A stretch of DNA of 60,685 nt, counting the filler, from Blastocystis sp. subtype 4 (lineage: Eukaryota): assembly GCF_000743755.1 (NCBI RefSeq). It is 3 parts of 3 records of this genome, joined end to end, with 100 filler letters (N's around TTAATTAATTAA, not from the genome) between each part and the next. Parts side by side here need not be neighbours in the genome. Positions count along the whole stretch, not along the records: positions 20,408 to 40,551 come from NW_014569347.1; 2 more parts are not named here. One strand, written 5' to 3'. Within the stretch, counting starts at the first letter, position 1. Each line of letters opens with the position of its first letter. Below the pieces are notes generated by a model. That model did no database searches. It was given only the letters and a program-made list of their open reading frames with translations, and was not told the origin of the DNA. The translations under genes and the position numbers were made by a program. Below are positions 26,315-39,206 of the stretch, piece by piece.

Positions 26315-28117
26315 ATGGATGCAAATGAAGAAACGCAACCACCTGTAATGTCAAAAGAAGAAACCGAATCACCTGTTGATACCATTCCTGTGAAGTCTGA
26401 CTTGTCTCTCGATATTCATGAGTTGGATTGTGATGGAGTCTTTAGAAGTAGAGATAAACCGACTGTTGAAGAACAGACTGTTTGTGATGAGAGTTTAGTG
26501 CACAATGAAACAGGAAAAAAGGAGTATATTGGTGAAGACGATCTGAAAGAGGATTTGAAGACTGGTGAAGAGAGTACTGAACTCGGTTCAGGAAGTGATA
26601 AAAGCCATACAGAAGAGAAGGAAGATCCTTTGAATGAAGGAACAAAGATGCAAAAGAAGGGAGAAACACAAGATCCCACGATTGTTCCTCGAAACACTCG
26701 ATACTTTGCCCACGATCTTCGTGGAAATGCTGCGTAGTTAATTTTACATTGGTTGAGATATAGGCAAACGATTGTGCAAAGTCGCGTTGTACCAAAGAGA
26801 AAGAGTGACGGTGAGTGGAAACACGATCGTTTTGAGCAGGAATCTCAATCTTCACGGCGTAATTCTCACAACCGTTCGAATCGAGGAAAGTCCAATTCAA
26901 AGACTCATCAGCAGAACGAAAAGCCTATTAGTGAGGAGAAGTGCTATTTATGTCAGCAACTTGGTCATATTGCGAGGGATTGTCCGAATAGTGATGTGGG
27001 AGTTGTGAAGAGTGAAACAGTTCCTGAGGTGAAGTCGGAGGTGAAGCCAAAGATAAAGCTTCCAAAGTCTAACAAACACGAGGCTTCTCCAGCAACCATT
27101 AAGAAGCCCTTAGGTTATTCCCAAAAGCCTTTTAAATGGACTAGGAAACGCCGAGAACCAGAAAAGAATATGGAATCAACAGTTCCTGAGAAATTAACTC
27201 CAAATCCTGGTCCTCGGACTATTTCAGGGAAACCTATAGAACCCACCAAACCATGTCTTAAACCCACGAAGCAGAATAAAAAGCCGCGAGAAGGACCTGC
27301 AGAAAAGGAGTCAGAAGTGTTCTGTCCTCAGAGAAGGCAGCCAACAATGGATCTGTCTGAAAGTTCTGGATCCGCCCGTTCCTCGACTCTAGTTATGCCC
27401 TCTATGTCTTCGCAACATCAAGACCTTCATCGCAGAGAGATCCCAGTTCCTAAATCGAACCATCATTTCACCAGGGACCGGAGAAGAGGATCGAAGCAAA
27501 TGGAGATTCCTAATATGCGAGACCAATCTCGAAATACACATCGAGAACCAACACGCCAGACTCCAGGGTCTCGAGAACGGGTCTCAGAGCCTGTGAAAGA
27601 AGACATGAAGCCAAAGGGTTCATGGGGAGCTCGCCAGCGTCAGATGGAGTTGAAGCCAAGTACAGAAGGAAAGTCATTGCATCCTCTTTCAACCCCTTCC
27701 TATCACCCGACGAATGTAAATACCCAATTTAATCCTTCAGATGAAAAGAACATATCTTCTAGTAGAATCACAGCTGAACAATACAGAGTGCAAGGAATAC
27801 CATCACAGTATCAAGGAGTATCAGACATGCAGTCAGCCCCTAGTATGCAGTCAGCACCAAATATGCAATCGACTCCCAATATGCAATCAGGATCGGACAT
27901 GCGGTCAGCACCAAATATGCAATCTGCACCTCAAGGAATGTGGCCAAATCCCAATGCTCCAGAATTATACGAAGCTGGAGAAGATAATCGGATGATGTAT
28001 ATGATGCCACAACAACCGATAGTTTTCTATCCTCAACCATTCTTCATGATGGATCAGAATATGCCTGAGATGATGTATCCAATGATGGGTTATCAAGGAC
28101 AGTGGATGCCTAAATAG
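26315..28117 (+). CDS. Btz/CASC3-like EJC-associated protein with CCHC zinc knuckle and PAM2-like motif; one 30-nt intron
   Basis: DPTIVPRNTRYFAHDLRG...WKHDRF (Btz domain halves), CYLCQQLGHIARDC, PNPNAPELY. Confidence 0.7.
27827..27931 (+). repeat. Six 18-nt tandem units encoding MQSAPN-like hexapeptides
   Basis: atgcagtcagcccctagt / atgcagtcagcaccaaat / atgcaatcgactcccaat ... Confidence 0.85.
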
Positions 28118-28158
28118 TATATATAGTTCTTGCTAATGCTTTGTTCAATAAACAAGAA

Positions 28159-29853
28159 ACGAATCAGTCAGTGTTATACGATCATCTCCTGCACGAGAAG
28201 GAGTTGTGTCTCTTCGCAGTTTAGGTACGGTAACACGAATTACATCCTCTAACTGTTTCAATTCTGATTTCTTTAACTACATATCATTCTTATTCTCATT
28301 CCATACCATTTTGCACTCATTTAATCCAATAGTCTTCAGCATTTGCATCATTGAAGGAGATACACGATGCCACACACCTTGAATAAACTCATCTCCATTG
28401 GATATTTCCTTAAAGTAGATTGATCGGAATAGACCATCCATGGCCTCCTCTGACAGCATCTTCTTACACTTCTTCTTATTCCTATCTCTTATTCAAACCC
28501 TTCTTTCTCACTGATAATCCATGTAAGCGAACTTCGATCCTCCTAATACTAATGAGGCGATTCCTGTAACTGCCGTCAGATCCATCGACAACCCTTGTAA
28601 CCTACCAATCATCTCCATATGTTACACCTACCAGAATCCAGCTGTAAGCAATCCACCCAAGAGAGTGAGAGAAACACTACTAATCCACTTGGATCGATTC
28701 AACTGTGAGGTATTCGATTTCAAAGCATTGATCATCCGAGAATGCAGCAGTAACATTTGAGCTGAATCACTGAGATGAGAGATCATATTGTCCATACGCG
28801 ATGCCGGCGCATTCAAAGTGATATCAAATACCTGCTGACGATTGTGCTGGAGATCCTTAAGAGGAATGCATGATGATTCGGGCTCGTGCATATCCTCATC
28901 ATGAGGAATGCACATGGTATATATCTCAGGCATATCTTTCCGAGGAATGATCTTTGCTAGATTCCATGCTAATGCTCCATAAGCACGACCAAAATCGTGG
29001 ATCTTTGAGAATTGATCGACCTTGTTCAGAATGATATGTAACTTGGCATCTTGTCCCTGAAGTGCTTGTGTCAACGCCTGAAGTGTTTCTCCAGTGGTTC
29101 CAGGCTTCTCGGGGTCAAAAAAGAAGAGAATCACATCTGCTTTCTCGGCAAACCATTTTGTTACACCCATGAAGTCATATCCTCGATCTCTAAATGTTAA
29201 ATCAAATAGATACATCCCACCTAGAAGATTGTTTGGTCGAATCTACAGAGGGATTATCGATCATTCCAGGACTGTCGATTAATAGGATATCCTTTGTAGC
29301 AATATCATTACGCACCTTCATCGAAAGATGACTGAGGAAAGGATGACCGAAGCGCTGGAGTCCACCAAATCCAAAAGTTGGGTCGTCAACAATGGTCCTT
29401 CCGTCCTTGATCGAATTCTCATTCCCAGGAACAATAACAGTAAAGCTATCATCCGTAGGAGCGACACCAGTATGTTGAATATTTCTATTCTTCATCTTTG
29501 TCATATCTTCTCCCTACTGGCCTGTGATACAGTTTATAAAAGTTGACTTTCCACTAGAATGATTACCCAAAAGAAAAACAATCGGCATTGCAGGAATTTG
29601 TTGATGGGTACTAGTAATAAACTCATTTTCATATGGATCTACTTCTCAAGAGGACCATTGACTTTGCTATTAAGAGGAAGGAGTGTCTATGGATTATACC
29701 TTTTCGAATGGAACATACATCATCGTATATTTGTTGGAGCGTATTTCGAAGTTCCGCACTTGTCATCGAGAATAATCGCACCGATACTGTTGCCTTGGCA
29801 ATCGAACTGTGCCTAATAGAAGACCCTATCCTTCGAAACGCAAGTTGGAACAT
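28159..29853 (-). CDS. EHD/dynamin-superfamily P-loop NTPase with presequence-like N-terminus and C-terminal hydrophobic segments, no EH domain
   Basis: GNHSSGKSTFIN, TGVAPTDD, DSPGMID, RGYDF...WFAEKADVI, LNKVDQ, YGALAWNL. Confidence 0.85.
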
Positions 29854-29877
29854 AAAGAAACAGGTAGTAAAAGAACA

Positions 29878-30775
29878 CTAAAGCATACTTTTAATTATAT
29901 CATTGATCTTCTCTCCCTGATCTCCTTTCGGGAGGGAGTTCTTATGCAAATAGTTCACTTCAATCCTGGAAAGAGCAGAAGAAAGCACAAAAGGAGCCAA
30001 GAACGTAACAACATCATCAAATGCAGGTCCCATGGTTTGAATCTCATGTTGCATATCCGCCACACAAATAACATTCTTACTTCCTAAGTGATCTTCCACC
30101 ATAGTATTATCCGATACAGCGACACGTTTATCATCAATCTATCCATAAGATTATTCATTCTTATATACGATTGTGAAAGCATGCTTTGTTAGCAATTCCT
30201 GGATTGTAGTGAGATTTGGATGGCCCCATGCAACATAGGGTTCAACTAGAATCAGCTTGCGCATCAATTCGGGTGTTCGGCGACAGAATACAACCGCATA
30301 GTCCGCAGTCAGACGGAGCTCTTTCAGGATATCAACTGTTCCCTTACTAGCATCTTTCAACGACTGGATACGCAGAACTGCGAGAAGTTGCTCCGATGAA
30401 TCGAAATGAATAAATGCATTGTTCAGACGCTTCGACTGCCGTCTGAACCGCTTTCTATCGTTCTTTTTCTGTACGTAACACCGAAGACACAACAATACAT
30501 CAATGCTCAGTTTCATCAACTTCTCAGGAGTCAAAAACTGGTTCTTCTTGCGTTCTTTCCTGATTTCTGCCTATTCCCAATCACTAATTCAACAAAAGGC
30601 AAACCTTCTTTTGGAGTGCCGCTGAAGCCAGAGTTTCGGCTGCCACTTTATTGGCATTTCTTCGACGTCGCAATTTGACCTCCTCTACTCTTCGCGATAA
30701 TAAGTCCAGTCCAATGTCTTACGAATTGCGCATCAGGTCAGGCTTGTTTGCGTTCTCCTCTCCAATCAGTGACAT
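29878..30775 (-). CDS. RPL7L1: uL30/RPL7-like ribosome biogenesis protein (RPL7L1/Rlp7)
   Basis: LVEPYVAWGHPN, SDNTMVEDHLG, ICVADMQHEI, GDQGEKINDII. Confidence 0.8.
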
Positions 30776-30989
30776 TGTATTTAAATCAACGGTATGAAGC
30801 CGAGAATCTATGCTTCTTCACGAATTGACCATAAAGAATGAAACCGTGGGGATTGAATCAAACTAGCGGGGAATCGACTCATGTAAATCTTAGAATCTTA
30901 ATGGAATTCTGTCATGACGAAAACACAGAATACTTTGTATTTCGTTTTTGGGTCTGTAAATTCAAACATATCTCGGACAGCGGTTCGTT

Positions 30990-32818
30990 ATGAGTGGACC
31001 AGTCTTCGATCCGCAACTCATGAATCTTAGTAGTAGTGATCTCAGCGATTCAGATGAGATGCCTTCTCCTCGCAGCTCATCGGATCCTGTTTATATACCG
31101 AAAGTAAATGGATTTTTGAATGAATTACAGTTAGGATTCTGCGTGGATTACCATCGAGACGATTCGCAAAGCGACAAAAGGAATTCAGGATGCTCGAGAG
31201 TCATTGAAACGAAAGAAACAGCGATATGATAAAAAGAAAAGAGCGTTGGAAATGTGGAGTTATTTGAGAGTTCTAATGTGTAGAAGGGCTATGGAAGTAT
31301 CAGATCGTGAGAGAAAGATGGATGAAATGGTGAACAAGATCAGTTTTCTGGAGCGAGAAGTCGTTAGTAGTTCCCTTTTATTTGAAGAGTAGAGACGTTT
31401 AGAAGGAAAGGAAAATGGGATGGCTTCGCAAGATGAAGGCCGATTCAATCGTTCTCTAGCTGAGGAGAATCTGCAACTGCGTCAGGAGATTAGCAATTTG
31501 CATGTGCAACTTGAGCTACAGTCACAAACCACAGATCGTGATATCACGGGTGAACGTGATCGTTTGCGTCGACGTGCACTGGAGCTAACACAACGAGAAC
31601 AGTCGATTCTTCAGAAGGAACAGGAAGTGGATCAGTGGCACGAGGAGGCGGCTCAACTCCGTCGAGAAGCTGAGGAGAAAGCTCATGAGGTGGAACGTCT
31701 GCTGTTCTCAAAACAGAAGTATATTGATGAGTTGGAAGAGTCACAGAAACGAGTCAAAAGTCGTGAAATGGAACTGGATGATGTGCAACGTGTGAAGGAG
31801 GAGGCCATCGATCAGCGACGTGAGCAAGTGAGACTACTGGAAGAAGCACTTGCGAAACACAATGAAGAGGTGGAAGCGAAGCTTCAAGAGATCGAGGAAC
31901 GTGAAAAGGCTTTGAGTGAGCATGAAGAGACACTGGAGCGATCCATGGCAGAACGAGAAGCTCGATTGAGTGAGCATCAAGAGGAAATCGAAGAGGCTTT
32001 GAGCAAGCTGAAAGACACACAACAATTGTATGCAAAGATGGATGGATTTGTGAAGGAGAAGCGACAACACCTTCTCTCAAAGGAGACCGAGTTGAAACGA
32101 AAAGAGCAACAGTTAGATTTGCGAGAGAAACAACTGAATGATATCACGGGGAAGTTAGCATCTGAGCATTCAGAGCGATTGGATGCCGAGTCGCAAGTAG
32201 CAAGTCTGCAGAAGAAACTTGATGATCTGGAGCATCGTTTGAATGACTTGCAAACTCTCTTGGCAGAAGCCCGGAATGAGAATGTGCGACTGAGTCAGGA
32301 GTATATGCGATATAAGGATATTGGAGACACGGCCGATCGACGAGTCAGTTTATTCTCAAAGACGAATGAGGAACTGCAGCAGAAGATTGAAAGTCAGAAT
32401 ATTTTCATTCTCCAGCTGCAGAAGAAGATAGCAGAGTTGCAAGAGAGCAATTATTACATTACGAATGATCACAGTCGAGCAACACTGGCTCTAAATGAGG
32501 TCAGTGGACAAGTCTCTCGTCTTCTTGCTGTTGTGAATGCGAAATCGCCCCAAAAGTCGGTTCCGAAATCTCCTCAGGACTCCGAACAGGATCTGCACCA
32601 GAACTTGCAACAAGATTCACAACAACCTCCAAATGTGACTGTGGATAGATTCTATCATTTGTAGGGCGATCCGGTGAAACGACAACTATTCAAAGAAGAC
32701 CCTACAGAAGAGGAGAAGGAATTGATGAGTGAATCGAATCCAGCAGTGGCTCTGGGCTCGAGTTTTTCTGTTCACAATAACGATGGACAAAGTGAAATTA
32801 GTCTTGATGTAGATACTT
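30990..32818 (+). CDS. Long coiled-coil protein of unknown function, multi-exon
   Basis: 414-aa E/K/Q/R heptad-rich exon plus flanking exons; poly(A)-type end at T32818. Confidence 0.7.
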
Positions 32819-32822
32819 CTTG

Positions 32823-32858
32823 TGTTTGTTCTAACAGATTGATGCTTAAAAACAAACA
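32823..32858. terminator. Convergent pair of TGTTTGTT motifs (32823-32830 +, 32851-32858 -)
   Basis: Both flanking genes have an in-frame T at -5. Confidence 0.85.
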
Positions 32859-32862
32859 AAAG

Positions 32863-33909
32863 AATGGAGAACGATGTTATCGATAAGACGCGTTGTTCCG
32901 ATCCAAGCAGCAATGGAAACAAAGATGCCGTCCTTTAGATCCTTCTCCTGAAGTGTTCCTGTCAATTCCTGAGCAGTTACTGCATTGGCAACACTCAGGT
33001 AGTCAATCTTAAAGCGAGGTTCTTGAGCCAGAGACTCCTAGTTGTCATTATCTCTTTTCTCACTTACTCGTGTGGCCTTGGACAGAACTTCTACATCGCG
33101 TTCACCTTTCTCGAATGAAGCACGGAAGGCACAGAGCGATTTGTACAGAGAGGGAGCAGCTGCACGCTCTTCAGCTGACAGATAGGCATTACGGGAGGAG
33201 AGAGCAAGACCATCTTCCTACAATATCAGATCCACCTAACAAATCTACAGCACGAACAATAGGACACACTGTAATCGTGACAGGGATATTGAGATCACGA
33301 ACAAACTGTTTCACCATGATCGCCTGTAAACCGTCCTTTTGACCAAAATAAGCATTTGTGGGCTGAACAATGTTGAAAAGCTTGGTCACTACAGTGGCAA
33401 CACCACGGAAGAAGCCAGGACGAGCAGCACCTTCACTAATACTATCGCTTCCTTCGATAGTAACATAAGTCAAATATTTAGGTTCCTTGGGATACATAAT
33501 CTCGTCTGTTGGAGCAAAGGCAGCATCACAACCCACCGACCTAAGTCAAAAATGACAAAAAAAAAGTACTCAATCAATTTGCAATCGGCCTCTAGAGTAC
33601 GAGGATAGGCAGCAAAATCCTCATGAGGAGCAAACTGTTTAGGATTTACGAAAATACTTGCCATCACAATATCGTTGTTTTCACGAGCCTATATCCTAAT
33701 ACTCCCCATAATTCCCAAACTCTCTTAATTAGACTCAAATGACCCTGATGAAGTGCTCCCATCGTAGGAACAAAGCCAATAGTTGGGAAACGATGGTTCT
33801 TCTCGTAAAACTCGGCGACCATCTTGTTTCTATACTCTCTTACCTCTTCGACAGTCTTCAATCTATCCTATTAATACCTCCCATTTCTATCTTACACAAC
33901 GATACCCAT
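32863..33909 (-). CDS. panC: Pantoate-beta-alanine ligase (pantothenate synthetase), multi-exon
   Basis: [43 protein letters not shown]^[15 protein letters not shown]. Confidence 0.96.
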
Positions 33910-34055
33910 GATTAATAATTTGAGTAACCTACAATTTTCCCCTTTTCCCCGTTCTATTGGATCAATCGTCTACCCAAATGGAAACATGCAAAATCGCATA
34001 TACATTCAACAAACATATACAACACTATTGCACAAGTTAGACCAACAAATAGAGG

Positions 34056-37000
34056 TCAAACTGGGTCAAGTCGGAATTCTACAGCTTCATTCCATGGATG
34101 ATCCATGGTTTGGGAATTCAATTTCACCAAGATTCTCTTTGTCAACACGTCTAGGGATTCTGTTGATTCTCTTCGACAATCTGTACTAGGAATCAAGTCG
34201 CGGACTTTCATCTTCCCTGGTGTTCGCTGATACCGACTCAATGGCTCTAGAGATAAGAGTAATAAAATGATTTCACCCTTTCGATCCAGTCCTTGGAGAA
34301 TCGTATCAATCACTATCATAATCTTAGGAAGAAGCATGTGGTCACTGGTAGCTGCGATCTGCGCAATATCCGCTTGGAGTGCTTCCATCTCTTCATAGGA
34401 CACAAGTTGAGAAAGTATGCCAGGAGAATCTGTATCTGTAGCCTTGGATATGCATGAAAAGAGACTCAAAAGAGGTAACAAAGATTCCAAAGGATCAACA
34501 GAACATCCCTCGGCACACGATGAACACCGACATTTATAGTTACAACAATGAAAATGAAAGGATTTGGGAGAATTAGTAGGAAGATGATTTTCCTCCTTCC
34601 AGAAACACATACACTCCATCGTCACCTTCTCATTCCGTCCAGCTAGAGCAATCAGTTGAGGTTGTTGATTTTGCATCAGTTGACGCATATCTGGCTTTCT
34701 TGGGACTGTTAGACTAGTATACGGAGAGAGTGTCCGTCGGATCGAATGAGAGGAGCTAGAACGATGCTCGAACTCGTTATCTTGGAGTTCGCGAGCGAAT
34801 ATCTGCCGTAAGGCCGATGTATAGACAAGGAAGAAGGACCGCAGCTGGAGAGTGGAAGGGAGATAGAGAACTAGGAATGAAAATGGACTGTGAAACGAAC
34901 TTTCCATACGCGAGAGAAGCTTCAGCAAGGAGAATGTATCCATTTGGATCATCCGATCTTGCCAGGAGTCTGTAGAGAAGACGGAGAGAGTATCCAACAG
35001 GGCTTGTGTGAGGAGAGAAGTGGATTTCTGCGAATCAATCGACCCTAAGGATAAGTCAAAAGAGGATCTAGCTACAGCGGGGAAGACAACACATGATGAG
35101 ATAGAGAAGAAAGGCCATTGCAGCAGGATCCAGAAGAGCAGAACGCATGATGACAGAGACGATGGAGGGTGTGAGAAGAGACGAGATATCTATGAATGAG
35201 AAGCAACTCATGAACAGACTGGGATCATCCAGGAACTCAGCAAGGACGTTGAAGAGACTCTGGAGTAGAGCGAGCTGACTGTTGACAGAAACATTCCGAA
35301 GGAGCTTGCATAAATCTTCCATGCAGTTTCCTTTGCGTAAAATCGCCAATGGTGACTCTGTATTTGTGATGACATGAGCAAGGAGATCCAGAGCTCCCGT
35401 AGCTAATGCAGAGAAGTGGTTTTTGGCTGCGATAGAGAGAAGTTGGGTCCAGCCTTCGATGAGACGCACATCAGTGATTACTAGATATGATGTTGAGTAT
35501 GAGTGAGTACCAATATAATCAAAGAGACTGAAGAGTGATTCATATTGATGCAGAGCATTCACGACAGTGTGAGATGGAACAACCATTGCTGCAAGAAGTG
35601 TACGGAGAAGAGGAAGAGTAGCAAAGGCCCAACACTTTAGTCCATCAGACCGAAGACACTTAGTAGCAGCATAGAGAAGGGCTGTAATGTATTGTAAGAG
35701 GATGGCAGCATTAGCTGGAGTGAGATCTGAACAGATAAACTCCGTAACAATGGCCAATCGACTCCATTGATTTGTGGTGAGGAGAGCAGCTCCTAGATAG
35801 GGATCTAGGAATTGCAAAGTGAGCCAAAGCCTACCTTCACGCAGAATATGAGAAAGGAGGTTCATGATCTCAATGCCAACTTCTCGTTTTCGAGAAGCGA
35901 ATCGATCCAGCAGTCCACCAAGATGTTTAACCAGTTCCTTATCATGCATCATACTCCGATAGTGTTCTACGTATCAACTGCAATCCATCTACCAACTATT
36001 ACTGATGAGAATAGCAAGAGATGCAATCGCATGCACTACTTCAGCATCGCTACGACACGTATAGAGAACTTCGAGAGATTCAGAGAGCTTCACCGTGAAC
36101 GGAGATAGAGAGGAATTGGTTAGAAATTGTGAGGAAAGTTTGGGGACAAACGATCCCAGATAACGAGCAAGAAGCTGGTGTGTGAAGATCATATCATAAC
36201 TGAGAGCACAGTGAAAGAAGTGTTGTTTCAATACATCAAAATCCTCCTCTTGAAGAGGGATCCGAGAGCTACGAATCAGTAAATACCTGGACCATGTCTC
36301 AACAAACTCAGCCGACCGACATACTACCAAAACTGTTGCTTTGGGGAGTTGGATGGGCGGAACTGAGAAGATGTCTACTTCATAGATAGAGAAGTCCCTT
36401 ACTATTCTGATGGAGAAGTGTTACAAGAGTCACTAACAATGTTAGAAGCTTCGTTTCAGAAGATGAAGTGAAGTAGAGTAATGATGTCCAGGAGAGTTGC
36501 GTTTCAATGGATTGACAACAAGCAACTAGATATGAGAACAAATGAATACGGTTACTGTCTTGTGCACAACCACAAAGAGATTCAAGAAGGAGTTCGAGAT
36601 ACACTTTGAAGGGATCTGATTGAATGCATTCAAGAAGAAGAGTACAGAGGATAGATCGAGTAGAAGACAGAAGAGAAAGGTTCAGACAGCCATAATCACG
36701 CATACAAACCACGAAATGATAGGTTATATCCTCCCAGAGTGCATACTGACAGACAGAAAGCGAAAAGAGATGAGAAAAGAGTTCAAGTGTTTTGAGTTGA
36801 AGAGTTTCGGAGATCTGAATATCCTTGTCAGCATCTATCTCACAAATCTCACTTATTCCTACAACGCTGATGAATAACATGGACTAATCGCAGTAAGGAT
36901 TGAACATAGGCACTGTATAGTTCTTCTTCTGTTAATGTCATTACTACTGTGGGCAATCGCTTTATAATAGCGTTGAGAGTACTTACAGCAACGAGTAGTA

Positions 37001-37742
37001 AATGAGAGGGAACAAAATGATGCTCATTCGATAGACACTGAGTACATAAAAGAGTGATTTCGGTCAAATAGGAGATATTCGCAGAATTCCGGAAATCAAA
37101 ATAACAAAGAGCATCAAAGGCTAGAGAAGGTGTTTGAATAATCGTCATTCTAGAGGTGATAAGGGAGGAACACGAAAACAAATGAGTAACGATACTAATG
37201 AGCGAGTTAATGATTGAAGGATGATTCTATGGTTCAGAAAATGAAATAGCAAAGACATTAATTAGGAATGTAACGGTTTCTCCTGCCCAGTAGCGATTTT
37301 GATTATTACAGAATGAGTCTGAAACTAAACAATCGTTCACTTTCTTCAGATCCTGAAAATGAGTACCTATAGTCTTTCCCACCTTGACAACATCTGGAGC
37401 AGGACGAGTACAGGAATAGGAATTCACAGGAATCGTGAAAACTATGGATTCTCCATACACAACATACACCATGAGGTATTCTCCATAACACACATCCAAA
37501 TTGGATAGACCATCTTGAATTGTCATCAATTCCGAGAACAGCATTTCTGAATACAAAAGCAGAGGTTTGCTATATAACTGGATAGTACCTCGTGGAACAC
37601 TTGTTTGTCTCTATCAGAGAATGAAAAGAGGAATCGTTACTTCAATCTCCTTGACAATCTGGCCACAAGTCATTTGATCAGAAATGGGAATAGAACAGTG
37701 TATCATTCTTGATTTGACAGATACATCTGCTTCTAGCCACAT
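34056..37742 (-). CDS. Large Leu-rich helical protein of unknown function, multi-exon
   Basis: Chain of minus-strand ORFs separated by short intron-sized gaps; no motif recognised. Confidence 0.55.
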
Positions 37743-37931
37743 TGCTAACGAGATAATGTGTGAAGTAAACAAAAAGCGGAATGAAGTAGATAGACTTGAG
37801 TGTTTGGGATGTTCACACGAATAAGTCCAGGACCGTTCTGGAAGAAAACGGGAACAAACTGTTCAGTGAGGGAATATGATCATTGATAATTATAATACAT
37901 GATCACCGTTTGATAGTCTCATTTTTCTGCT

Positions 37932-39183
37932 ATGTCAGCAACTCATCAGTGTGCTAGAGAGGGGTGCACAAATCCTGCAACAAAGAAATGTCCTGTGTGC
38001 ATTTCATTCGGTCTTCCTGACACTTACTTTTGTTGTCAGGATTGTTTAAAGAAAGCCTGGAAAGATCATAAACAATACCACGAAAGAGAACTACGGAAAA
38101 TGTAATTGTCTACGTGACCTCTCATTGCTAGAATGCCACCAGAGTTCCACAATTATACGTTTACTGGATCCCTGCGACCTGGAAAGGTGTCACAAAAAGA
38201 CACTGTTCCTTCATTCATAGTCAAACCAGAATATGCGGATTCAGGTCATTCAGAAGGAGAAGAGAATGAGGGTTCTGGAATTGAGTATAAAACACCCCAT
38301 GATATTCAGGGAGTGCGTGAGGCGTGTCGTGTGGGAAGAGAGGTGTTGGATGCTGCTGGAAATGCTATTCATGTGGGTATTACAACGGAAGAGATTAATA
38401 AGGTTGTTTTGGAGGAGTGTATCAAGCGCAATGCGTATCCTTCGCCTTTGAATTATTACTTCTTCCCTAAGAGTGTTTGTACGTAGGTTATGCTGAATAG
38501 GTATTAGGTTAGTTCTGTAAATGAGATTGTCTGTCATGGAATTCCAGATTCTCGAAAACTTCAGAATGGCGATATTGTGAATCTGGATGTGACTGTATAT
38601 TACAAAGGATATCACGGAGATTTGAATGAAACATTCTTTGTGGGAAATGTTCCTGAGGAGAGCTTGAAGCTCGTGGAATGTGCCTATGAAAGTCTTCGTC
38701 ATGCCATTTCGTCAGGTTGAACTAATGAAATTAGTTTATGTTTAGTCAAGCCAAATATGAATGTTCATGATATTGGTACATTTGTGAGTGATGTGGTGGA
38801 TAAGTATGGATTCTACGTGGATCGGAACTATTGTGGTCATGGAATCGGTCATTTATTCCACTGCAACCCGACAATTCCTCACACTCGTAGTAAGCATTTG
38901 ATGGAGTGTGTGAATGTAGATAATCATGGAAAGGGAAAGATCCGACCTGGAATGATCTTCACGATCGAGCCTATGGTAAATGCCGGGAATCCAAATGACA
39001 CATTGTGGCCAGACAAGTGGACTGTAGCAACAACCGATGGAAAGCGATCAGCACAATTTGAGCATACCTTACTGGTGACAGAAGAAGGATGTGAGATTCT
39101 AACGGCTTCTCCCAAGTTTTATGATGTATCGAAGCCTGTAATGGAGATGCTTCCCTTTGATCGCAAGATGTTTCAGCGGGAAT
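37932..39183 (+). CDS. METAP1: Methionine aminopeptidase 1 with N-terminal zinc finger
   Basis: C6H2 finger, [50 protein letters not shown]; poly(A)-type end. Confidence 0.96.
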
Positions 39184-39187
39184 CTAG

Positions 39188-39202
39188 TGTTTGTTGAAAA
39201 CA
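39188..39202. terminator. Overlapping bidirectional motif TGTTTGTTGAAAACA (MetAP1 / PQBP1-like)
   Basis: In-frame T at -5 on both strands. Confidence 0.7.
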
Positions 39203-39206
39203 AGGG

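Noticed and set aside
32863..33909. panC as a recent bacterial transfer
   Set aside because: Has several introns, and PanC is widespread in plants, fungi and other eukaryotes; nothing in the sequence supports LGT.
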